NCBI GenBank assembly: GCA_964106915.2
Contig: OZ066928.1
DNA length: 64,000 nt
Source: Podarcis gaigeae
Taxonomy: Eukaryota
Direction: 5' to 3' (one strand)
Position numbers and translations under genes: made by a program. Below, in pieces: positions 10,689 to 21,593 of this stretch (positions within the stretch are counted from its first letter, which is position 1; every line of letters starts with the position of its first letter). Below the pieces are notes generated by a model. The model was not told the origin of the DNA and searched no databases. It was given only the letters and a program-made list of their open reading frames with translations.

Positions 10689-13170
10689 CTACAGTCATCC
10701 CTCAGAAGTCAAATGGAATCCGTTTCAGAAATCCGTTTGACTTCCAAAACATTCGGAAACTCACTCATGCAGTCAATCGGAAGCCGTGGAACCGTTGTCG
10801 GATGTTTGGGTTCCAAAGAATGTTCGCAAACCGGAACAATCACTTCTGAGTCTGCGGCGTTCAGGGACCAAAACGTTCAACTTGCAAGGCATTCAACTTC
10901 CAATGTACGACTGTATTCTATAACCAGTGGTTTGAACTGTACTGGGAGAGGAATGGAAGCCAGAACTCAACTGATTTAATCCACAAAGAGTTCTGTAAAT
11001 AGGTGTCAGCACTGCTGTTGGGACAATACCCACCTGCCTGTTGGGGGACGAAGTGCCAATCCCAATCTTTGCTGTTGTGAGATGACAGCCAGAATTATTT
11101 GACACATGCCTGGATATGTATTCTCCTGAAAAACTTTCTAACTAGTTGAATGGAAAGGCAAAAGGGCCAGAATATTTACTGCAGCAGCTCTCACTTCATC
11201 CAGTTCTATTCGCTCCAGAGACATCTGTTGGGGAAATGGCTCCAGAGCAGCTGCTGCTGCTGCTGCCAACACAGGTGGGTGTGTTAATGTAAGGACATTC
11301 TGCCATGTGGGGCATGGACCCACCAGTGAGGACAGAGGGGCAAAAGTCATCAAGGGCAAAGTTCTGAAACAAAGGTTTTGAGTCCTAGCTGAGAAAGGGA
11401 GTTGGTTTTCAGAGATATCCCAACTGACAGGCCTTTCAGACACTCCACCAGCTCCTTTTGTAGTTGCATTTGCTCAGCATCTCCTGGATGTCACAGTGAA
11501 AACAGAAAGAGGCTTCCCACATTTGACACATCCAGTGTTTCTGTTTCGTTCTGCAGAGCTCAACCGGAAGCTACAGGATGAGGGATTGCTCCTGTGCTCA
11601 AATCCTGCTTGTTGGTTTCCCAGAGACACCTGGCTGGCCACTGTGAAAACGGGAGGCTGTCCTGTATGGGCCACTGGTCTGCTTTTGCAGGCTCCTCTTA
11701 TGTGCCCAAAGGACTCCTCTCGACTCCAAGCCTGACAGCAGTTCATTAACCTGCCAGGGAAACTAGGCGAGTCCATCAGCGTTGCATTATGGATCTCCTC
11801 ATTTGTTGCTCCCCTTTTGCTGAGCCAGCACAAGCTGAAGCAGCAGCTTGCTGGGTCAGTGGAGCAGCTACTCATGCGGAAGAAGCCAAACAGCCATTTG
11901 TGGCTCAGTGCTGCCTCTAAAAAGAAACAACACACAAAATTCAGCCTGTTTAAAAATAAAAATGTACAGTGACAGAGGGATGGATGCTGGTCTGGCTATC
12001 AAAGCAAAGCAAGAGATCAAAATTCCCAGGGAGAAAAATCAGACCCTGGTCCTTTGCCCCCACCCTCTCAAAGAAGGGAGAGACCCAGAGGACCAAGCTA
12101 GGCTAGAAAGTGCATATCCTGGCTTCTACAACATCCTTCTGGGTTTCTAGGCATATAGCCTTTAAAAGCAGGGGCAAGAGAAGTTGGAAAAGGTCTAGAG
12201 CTCAGTGACAGAGCACCTGGCTTGCAAGCAGATGGTCGCAGGTTCAATTCCAGGCATCACCAGGTAGAGTTGGGAAAGAACCATGTCTGGAACCCTGGAG
12301 AGTCACTGCCAGTCACAGCATAAACAATAGGGAGATAGATTGAAATAAAGAACATAAGAATAACCTGGTGGATCAGGCCAATGGCTCATCTAGTTCAGCA
12401 TCCTGTTCTCACAGTGGCCAACCAGATGGCTGGAAGCACATCCTGCAAGCAAGATTTGAGCCCAAGAGCCCTCTCTCCTCCTGTGGTTTCCAGCAACTGA
12501 AGCATCGCTGCCTCCTGTGGAGGCAGAACCTGGTCTGACACACTATAAAGGAAGCTTCTTCCTATGTTTTTGAAGTCACAAAATTTGGAGGGACAGGAAC
12601 CTGAAGATTTTGAAAGGGGCTATTTAAGTTGCTATTTAACTTCCTGAGAATTGGAAGCTGGCATCCAGAAAGCCGGTGGCATTTCTTTTCCTTCCCAGGC
12701 TGCATTCACTGTTTCCCAAGTGAATGCAAATTCTACAGCAAGCTCACCCAAAATTCAGAAAGCATTGTTATTCAAAATGCAAATGAGTCAGTTCTCCTCC
12801 TGATGTCGCCACCACCACCACCCCCCAGACCAGGAGAGCAACAGCATGGAGAGAGAAATCTCCTGCAAATCAAGCACAGTTAGGATGTTGGAGAAGAGTG
12901 GAGAGGTACTGTTTTAGGATAGCAAAAAAAGTAGGCATGTGAGAGTATCATCTACTTTTGGGCAGAGAGAACAGAACCACAGAAACCAGACTTCTTGCTT
13001 GCTTGTCTGCCTAGCAAACTCGTAATCCACCAAAACTGGCATTTTTGACAGAATTCTGATTGGAGGCCAGCACCTGCCTGGGAGATGACATTATCTGGAA
13101 AACTGATGGAGAAAGGGGAAGAGTGGCTGGTGGGTAGTGTAACAGGTGGCCCAATCAAGAAGATCTAGGA

Positions 13171-13307
13171 CAGGCATAGGCAAACCCAGCCCTCCAGATG
13201 TTTTGGGACTACAATTCCCATCATCCCTGACCACTAGGTCCTGCTAGCTAGGGATCATGGGAGTTGTAGGCCAAAAACAACTGGAGGGCCGAGTTTGCCT
13301 ATGCCTG
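13171..13307. mobile_element. Palindromic hAT MITE (GGACTACAA.TCCC family; many degraded copies elsewhere, e.g. ~53494-53630)
   Basis: TIR CAGGCATAGGCAAAC / GTTTGCCTATGCCTG with an 8-bp TSD ATCTAGGA / CTCTAGGA. Confidence 0.85.
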
Positions 13308-15383
13308 CTCTAGGAGGCAGCTAAATCAATACTGTGAGCCAATTCAGACAGTAAGTCCCACTGCACCAGTCTCAAAAGACAGACAGCAACGGCAGGACTT
13401 GGCCTGAGGAAACTGGAAGGAGATGCAGGTCTGGCACAGAACATATAAACTGCAGCAGCAAGCAAGGAGCAATGCCTTGCAAAGAAAACTAGGTGTTCGA
13501 AACTCTGTGTTTGTGGCATTCCACTGGTATGTGTGCTTGTGGGGTGGGGAGAGCATGATTTACAGGTAGGATCAACAGGTACAGGAAGATTAAGTGAATC
13601 TCCTATGCAGACCCCACACATTAATACCATGATGCAAGCACGTGGGTGAGTAACACTGTCTCCGTCTGGTTCTGAGCAGGCCAGGCAGATTCCCTGGGAC
13701 CCGTATGCAATTACTGTTTCCCGTTCCAAATAATCATGCTCTTCTTTCAAAGCTGCATCACAACCTTCTCCCAAGCAACCCAGCAGAATAAGCTGCTAAT
13801 GCCACCAACTGGAGGGCTTTCCTATATTTCCTGCTTCTTCGGTACCCTTTACCATGCTAGTTACCACAAAGGGGGGGGGGGTTTGCATGCACCTGTCTCC
13901 TTCTTTCATTCCACCTTCATTTGACAGGTTTCTGTGCTGCACACCTGGCAAGAGCCCCAGCGTGAAATGTGGGTGGCTTTAAGGCACACAACTGCCACAA
14001 ATTTAGACTCAGAATACATCTTGCAAATGTCTGTTGACATTAAAACTCATTGCCACAGTGCTGTGCTGCGCTGACAAATGCATCACAGTTTTTACACTCC
14101 CAGCATGGACACCAAGTAGGCTGGTGGGTGAGGGATGGAAGAGTCTGTTCCTCTTCTGCCAGCCCACTCACTCGCCTGCATGAAAGTCCTGGTCATCTAA
14201 GGCTACCAGGTTAGTTGTTAAATGCAAGGCTGTGGTAAGACATAAAGAAAATGGATTAGCACCAGTTTTAATACGGAAAGAACAGTGAGATCACCACCAT
14301 CTTCTCGGCAGTTTTTCAAACAGATTTCATTACTTCTGCTGAGCAATCCCAGATTTCTGCCCACCCAGTTCCCAACCTGGTAGATAATAGCATCCATCAT
14401 TCATTATACTAATTTGATGCTCTCCACAAAACCAGGCCACCATCTATCTGCCCAAATACTCTGCCCCAAGGATTAAGTCACAGACGTAGGACCCAGTTCA
14501 ACTGTACTTTTATTGGCTTTGGCTAAATGTTTTCATAAGGAACAATGAAGATGAAAAGAGCACTGCCAGAAGTTGACGCAATATAATATATGCAATGCAT
14601 TATAAATAAATACAAACAAGCTGCATTTAAAAAACCCACTGAGCTAATTTTGCTGACTGACACTTTCAGTGAGCACATCCAAGCCAGTGGCAGTAAAAAA
14701 GAAGCAACAGAGGCTGTTGTTTAAACAACAAAAGAAAGGAGGAAACAATTTTTTTAAATGGTAAGGCCGCATTTGTGTTTCTACAAAGGTTGGCACCTAC
14801 AGTTTTTCCATGCGCCCAAGCCCTTCACCACAAGATTATGACCTTAGGCAGCAGCCTTCCCCAACCCGATGGTTTGGACTACAACTCCCCTCAGTCTCAA
14901 CTAGCATCGCCCAGGTTGGAGAAGGCTGCTGGGCATGAACAAAGCATAGGACGCAGCAGACCACCAAATGGTGCACCTAGTCAACATCCTTCTTCCTATG
15001 GTGGGCTGCTGGGAGCTTCAGGGATACTTACAAGCAACAGCCTTTTGCCCACAGCATCTGCCACTCCATGCACATTCTGCCTCTGAAAATGCAGGCTCCA
15101 CTCAACTTTCAATAAAGCCATTTTCCACAAATGTGTCTGATTACAGACCAACCTTTGCCAACCCTGGTACATGCTGGCTGGGATTGATGAGGGTTGTAGT
15201 TCACTTTACCACATATATGCCTACTCAACCACTTAATTGATTTATTATATTATTTACACCCCACCCATCCAACTAGGTTGCTCCAGCCACTCTGGGCAGC
15301 TCCCAGCATCTATAAAAACATAATAAAACGTCAAACATTAAAAACCTCCCAATACAGGGCTGCCTTCAGATGTCTTCTAAAAG

Positions 15384-15762
15384 TGGTAAAGGAACCCTGG
15401 ACGGTTAAGTCATGTCAAAGGCAACCATGGGGTACAGCGCTCATTTCGCTTCAAGCCAAGGGAGCTGGCGTTTGTCTGCAGACAGCTTTCTGGGTCATGT
15501 AGCCAGCATGACTAAACCGCTTCTGGTGCAATGGGATATCATGAGGGAAGCCAGAGCACACGGAAACGTGTTTACCTTCCTGCCACAGCGGTACCTCTTT
15601 ATCTACTTGTACTGACGTGTTTTCGAACTGCTAGGTTGGCAGAAGCTGGGCAGAGCAATGGGAGCTCACCCCGTTGTGGGGATTCGAATGGCTGAGCTTC
15701 TGATCGACAAGCACAAGAGCAAGAGGCTCAGTGGTTTAGACTGAGATGACCACCCACCTCCC
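15384..15762 (-). mobile_element. Sauria-type SINE inserted in an L2-like LINE 3' end
   Basis: Same family as 2984-3315. CTAAAAGTGGTA is repeated on both sides (~15377 and ~15797). Confidence 0.8.
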
Positions 15763-15794
15763 TTAAAAAACTACCCCTAAAAACCCCAGCTATA

Positions 15795-16735
15795 CCCTAA
15801 AAGTGGTATAGTTCTTTATCTCCTTGACAGCTGATGGAAGGGCATTCCACAGGGAGGGCACCACAGCCAACTGTAACATCCCTGTAACTTCGCTTCTTGC
15901 AGTGAGGGAACCGCCAGAAGACCCTAGGAGCTGTCTGGACCTGAGTGCCTGGGCTGAATGATGAGGGTGGAGATGCTTCTTCAGGGATACAGGGCCAAGG
16001 TCAATTAGGGCTTTAAAGGTCATCACTAACACTTTGAATTGTGCTTGGAAACATTGTGGGAGCCAATGTAGGTCTTTCAGGACTGGTGTTATATGCTCCT
16101 GGCAGCAACTCCCAGTTACCAGTCTAGCTGCTGCATTCTGGATTAGTTGTAGTTTGCAAGTCACCGTCAAAGATAGCCCCATGTAGAGCATGCTGCAGTA
16201 GTCCAACCAGGAGATAACCAGAGCATGTACCACTATGGCGAGACAGTGCACAGGTAGGCAGGGTCTCAGCCAGCCCTGGACATAGAATTGACCTGCACCA
16301 GCTGTGAGTCCAAAATGACTCCTAGGCTGTGCACCTGGTTTTCTATGGGCTCAGTTATGCCATTCAGGACCAGGGAGTCCCCCACACCTGTCCTCCCCCA
16401 TCCCCCCAAAATAGCACTTCTGTCTTGTCAGGATTCAACCTCAATCCATTAACCACCCTCCACCCACCTCCAGACATTCACACAGGACATTCACCACCTT
16501 CACTGGTTCTGATTTAAAAGAGAGGTAGAGCTAGGTATCACCCGCATACTGATGAACACCCAGCGCAGCCCCCCCCCCCCCCGATGATCTTGCCCAGCAG
16601 CTTCATATAGATGTTAAAAAGCTTGGGGGAGAGGACAGAGCCCAAGTGAGTGCCCAGGGGTCTGAACTCCTGCCTCAACACCACTTTCTAGACACAACCC
16701 AGGAGGAAGGACAGTGCCCCTGGTCCCAACCCCTC
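15795..16735 (-). mobile_element. L2-clade LINE ORF2 3' fragment
   Basis: ORF 15790-16251 has LDYC...LQLIQNAAARLV...HITPVLKDLHWLP, typical of the L2 ORF2 C-terminus. Confidence 0.8.
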
Positions 16736-17366
16736 TTCAATCTGTGGAACCGGAACTGTTACATGTGCCACATAATACTCGTTCTGCACTTATGAGAGTC
16801 TTTGGGTAAGGCAGTTTCCACACTTGAAACTCCCTGAATATTAACGTCAGCCAGGTGGCACCGCTTATACACTTTTTAGGCCTGCTGAAAACATTTCTGT
16901 TGAGGCAAGCCTATCCAGATACACAGAATGCTGACAAGTCCTTTAACTTGTTATTTCAGTTATTATTTGAAAGATTTAAATAGCTGTTTTTAACTGTTTT
17001 TACTGATAACTGTTTTATTCTTTTTGTGGGCCGCTTTAACATTTTTTCTTTACAGTCAAGCAGTCTATAAATGTTATGACATAAAAAAACCCCACTGCTG
17101 CCTTAGAATGCATTTACAGCTCTGCCACAGGTGCACATTAACAAGGGAGCAGCGGCAGTGAGTCAGTGCCCTCTCAAGGAAGCATCCGCCGTTACTGGTG
17201 ATCTTACTGAGGAGCCTCCAATAACCTTCAGAGATGGCTCGAGGATTCCACAGAAACAGACTGAAAGCCATCAGTGCCAAAAAGATGAACGTGTCAGGCA
17301 GAGAAATCTATTGGACTAAACCATTCTCTCCCCACCCCCCACGCACAGACAGTTCCATTGGCCTAC

Positions 17367-17517
17367 CTTTGTGATGAGGATCCGGTACTTCTCCACCAGG
17401 TGGTCATTGTTGTGACATCCCGCAAGCAGCTGCCAAACCTCCCCCCGGAGAGCTTCAGGGACTCCGCTTCTCACCAGCGTGGACAAGGTTTTTGGTCGCA
17501 CACTCAGATTCAAGTGC
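17367..17517 (-). CDS. RABGAP1: RABGAP1 exon 13 (start of TBC/Rab-GAP domain); ends in phase 0
   Basis: [50 protein letters not shown]. tccAG acceptor, AAG|GTAGGC donor, 151 nt. Cumulative CDS is 1800 nt. Confidence 0.96.
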
Positions 17518-18749
17518 CTGGAAGAGAGGAAGGAGACCAGACATCAAACCAGGAAGGGTGTGCAGGATACAGACCATGGACTGAATGGTTTTGTGTGACT
17601 CCAACATCCACAACATCCACATTGATGATGCCTCAGGTCCATGATGCAACCATGGGCCTGTCTCAGTATCTGAAGAAGTGTGGATGCACACGAAAGCTTA
17701 TACCAAGAACAAACTTAGTTGGTCTCTAAGTGCTACTGGACATTTTTTTTATATATTTCGACTGCGTCAGACCAACACGGCTACCTACCTGAATCTGTCT
17801 CACACAGTTATTGGTCCAATGCACAGAAAGTAGCCTTTGATCCACGTGGGGAGGGTGTGGTCTGGAAATGGTGTGTGTTTGATTATCACCCCATTGTCAG
17901 AGTCAGATGACTTCCTGGTGAGGTTTGGACTTGCTATGTCTGTCCCCCCTTACAAGGGTGGGAGACCAGTTAGAATGGTCTGCCACCAGAAACAGATGGA
18001 ATTTGGTGGATTCTTGACTCCTCTGGGGAATTTCCCTGTGGACAGAGGGGGTGTTCCTGTTGAGTTCTTAGTTCCACTGTGGAATGGTGAGACTCATGAT
18101 CACTTCTGAGTACCCTCTCTAGCCCTGTGGGGTCTGTTTCACGGCTTGGTACATGGAGGAGTTGAGGTCAATGAGGCAGAATGGGAGAGGGTTGGAGCAT
18201 AAGAGGCACAAATCTCACTAAGGAGCTAAGTGAGCACTTGTTCAAGATCACAATCAGGCCTACCATGTGGCAGTGAGGGCAGCAAAGAGATCCTATTTCA
18301 CTGCCTCCATTGCATCCTTGGGAAGCCGCACAGCAGAGCTGTTCTGTGTGGTCTGGAGGTTGCTTACTCCTGACCAGGAGGTGGATCTCTGGAGCTCACA
18401 GGAACTAGCTGTATCCAGATAGCAAAACACGTCCAAGGATAAAGTTGCTCAGCTCTACAGTGATTTAGATGCTGCTTCTGTGAGAGTACCTGACCAGGTG
18501 TTCAATGCAACATCGAGCTCGGTGCTGTGAGATCATTTCCAATTGCTGTGGTCTGGGAATATGGACAGGACACATGAAGTGATCCTTGTCCATCCTGGCT
18601 TATTAAAACTAGCTGGGCTGGGGTGAGTGAATGGGTCAAAGGTGTGATAAATGCATCCTTGTGTGATAAGAGCGGTGTCCACTGCCCTAAAAGAGGCAGC
18701 CGTGTATCTACTCCTCAAAAAGCCAACCCTAGACCCAGCAGAGTATAAC

Positions 18750-20225
18750 AACTACAGGGTGGTGGAGAGCAACTACAGGCATTCCTGGAATAGAACGATT
18801 ATCTAAATCCACTACCATCTGAGTTCAGAGTTGGTTTCGGAACTGAACCTTTATCATGACAGGGAGATGGGAGTGTGACCCTGTTACTTCTGATAATTAC
18901 CGTATTTTTTGCACCATAACACTCACTTTTTTCCTCCTAAAAAGTAAGGGGAAATGTCTGTGCGTGTTATGGAGGGAATGCCTACGGGTGGCACGCCTAC
19001 AGATTTTCCTACTCTAAAAACTATGTGCGTGTTATGGTCGAGTGCGTGTTATAGAGCGAAAAATACGGTAATTAATTAATTAATTAAAATATTCTGCCTA
19101 TCTGACTGGATTGCCCCAGCCACTCTGGGTGGCTTGATCTCTGTGGCTTTTGATATCATTGATATCAAAATATCATTGACCACTGTATCCTCCTGGACAG
19201 ACTTAGTGAGATGGGCATCAGAGGTACTGTATTACAGTGGTTCCATTCACATCAAATTCATGTCCAGAGAGTAGCACTGATTCAGTGCTATTTAATATCT
19301 ATGTGAAGCTCTTGGGAGCTGCCATTAGGAGTTTTGGGACAAGGTGTCACCAGTATTCTGAAGATATACAGCTCTACTTCTCTTCTGTGTTTTATTTCTA
19401 ACTATCGGTCGAATAAAGGAAATTGATTGATTGACTGCAACATCTGAACCAGGAGAGGCTGTGAACACTTTGGACCAGTGTCTAGATACAGCAGTTGAAT
19501 TCTGGGAAGACAAAGGTTATTTGAGTAGGTGGTTCCCACATTCTGGAAATTGGCAAGTTACTTGTTCTAAATGGGGTTGCATCCCCTCCGATGGAGAAAG
19601 TGCATAGTTTGAAGGTACTCCTGGATACACCTTTATCACTGGGACCTAGGTGTCCTCTGTGGCTAGGAGTGCCTTTTACCAGCTTCATCTGGTTCCCCAA
19701 CTACACCTGTTCTGGGACAAAGATAGTCTGACCACTGCAGTCCACGCACTGGTAACCTCGGGACTAGATGACTGTAATGTGCTCTATATGTGGGGCTGCC
19801 CTTGGGTCTGGTTCAGAAGCTCCAGCTAGTGCAGAATGCTGCAGCCAGATTGCTGATGGGAGCCTCTCCTCAAGAACATGTGACACCATGGTTAATGGCT
19901 GCCCTGGCTGCCCATCTGTAACTGACTCAGGTTCAAGGTACTTGAATTGATTTGCAAAGTCCTGAACAACTAGGGTCCAGCATAGCTCAGGAATCGCCTG
20001 AACCCTTCTATCCCAGCTCAATCACAGAGATCAGCTGCAGGAGCATCTTTGGCCATTCCCTGAGTTGGTGAGGCTCATTTCACAACAAGAAGAAATTGAG
20101 CCTTTAGTGCCATCAGCCCAGTCATGAGGAACACCCTGCGACTGCTGATTCTGCAGGAGCCTTCTGTGCCAACTTTTAAAGGCCTGACGAAAACTTTTCT
20201 GTTCCACAAGACCTATGCAGGCAAA
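18750..20225 (+). mobile_element. Degraded L2-clade LINE RT fragment with nested insertions
   Basis: Decayed RT-like motifs and nucleotide similarity to the 15795-16735 copy in the opposite orientation. Confidence 0.65.
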
Positions 20226-20448
20226 TAAGATCTGCTGGTATTTGTTTCTAGTTTCTTTTTGCTTTTAAATTATTTTTAACTTTTCATGATGTTATTGTTT
20301 GGTTTTATGTTTTTTATTGTTATAAACCACTGTAACATATTTTTGTATATAAATGTTTTTTTTAAAAAGAAATAATTAAATCCATGCTCTTTTTAAAAAG
20401 GATGACAGATCTATCATTTTAGAAATGTGGAGGAAGCACATTCATGTA

Positions 20449-20834
20449 CCGTATTTTTCGCACCATAGGATGCACCGGACAATAGGACGCACCTTGTTTT
20501 AGAGGGGGGAGAATTTTCCCCCTCTTGTTTTCCCGCTCTAAAACAAGGTGCCATTTAAGGTGCATTCAGGCGGCTACCTTGGAAGCCTGGAGAGCGAGGG
20601 GGGTTGATGCGCACCGACTCCTCTCGCTCTCCAGGCTTCAGGTTCCTTTTGACCTGCTCTTTGGGGCTGGCGGGGAGAAGCCCACCACCAGCCCCAAAGA
20701 GCAGGTCAGAGAGCAGCGGGGAGGCTGCTGCCATAGCCGCGCGTCACCTCTCCAGCCGGGAGAGGGTCGTGGGGGGCTTCTTTAGCCACATTTTTGAAGG
20801 GGAAAAAGTACGTCCTATAGAGTGAAAAATACGG
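20449..20834. mobile_element. TA-flanked MITE with CCGTATTTT TIRs (also 18900-19068 and 40881-41140)
   Basis: TA CCGTATTTTT...AAAAATACGG TA in three related copies. Confidence 0.8.
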
Positions 20835-21499
20835 TATTCAGAAAGGTGGGGGGGGGGACAAGGCCCACAGAAAAAAAAACGGTGTACATGTAAGTAGAAT
20901 CACAGATCTGAAGAGTTGGAAGGGACCCTGAGCATCATCTATTGCAACCCTCTGAATTTCAGCTAAAGCCTCCATGACACACAGCCATGCAACCTCCCCT
21001 TAAAAACTTCCAATGAAGGAGAGTCCACCACCTTCTGAGGCAGTTTGGGAGGCATCAACATCCAAGTGTCCCATGCTCATAAATTGAGGGAAGCAGTTCC
21101 AAGGCATGCAGACAGGCACAGAACATCCATTCAACAGAGGCTGATGAATGAGGACTGGCTGGCAGGGCTCATGGCAGCAGGGGACTTCCAGGCAAGGATG
21201 CTGGCAGGAGGAGTCTGCGGCAGCGCAGGTAAGCCTTCCACTCTTAGCTGGCTTGTCTATCACATGTGGGAAGTGGCAGTGGGTGAATGTTGACCTCTCT
21301 TGCACAGCAGCCTTCAAGGAGCATATCAGGTAGCAAGAAGCACAAGCTGGCTAGGACAGAATGGATCCAGTGTATGGCAGCCTCCAGTGCCCTTACCTGC
21401 CTGCCTCTTTGTCATTGTCTTGCCTGCCTTACTCCCAACCATAAGCTTCTTCAAACTCTATTGTGAAACAGTTCACAATAGAGGGGTGAGCCTGCTTAC

Positions 21500-21593
21500 C
21501 ATTTGGACAAGAGGTCTCCCCATGTCTCAAGGATTTTCTCTGCACACTCTTTGGAAACGTCTCCGGAACCACTCAGGAGAGGCTCATCGTTAT
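21500..21593 (-). CDS. RABGAP1: RABGAP1 exon 12
   Basis: NDEPLLSGSGDVSKECAEKILETWGDLLSK. tacAG acceptor, TG|GTAAGC donor, 94 nt. Confidence 0.96.

Noticed and set aside
12195-12330. tRNA-like A/B box sequence
   Set aside because: Degenerate, runs into a SINE body and has related fragments elsewhere; a tRNA-derived SINE head, not a tRNA gene.
1-17366. RABGAP1 exon 14 (ESPQDSAITRDINRTFP...)
   Set aside because: Not found by eye; it presumably lies left of the window.
17800-18720. Possible LTR- or DIRS-like segment
   Set aside because: No terminal repeats, TSD or coding motifs that I could support.
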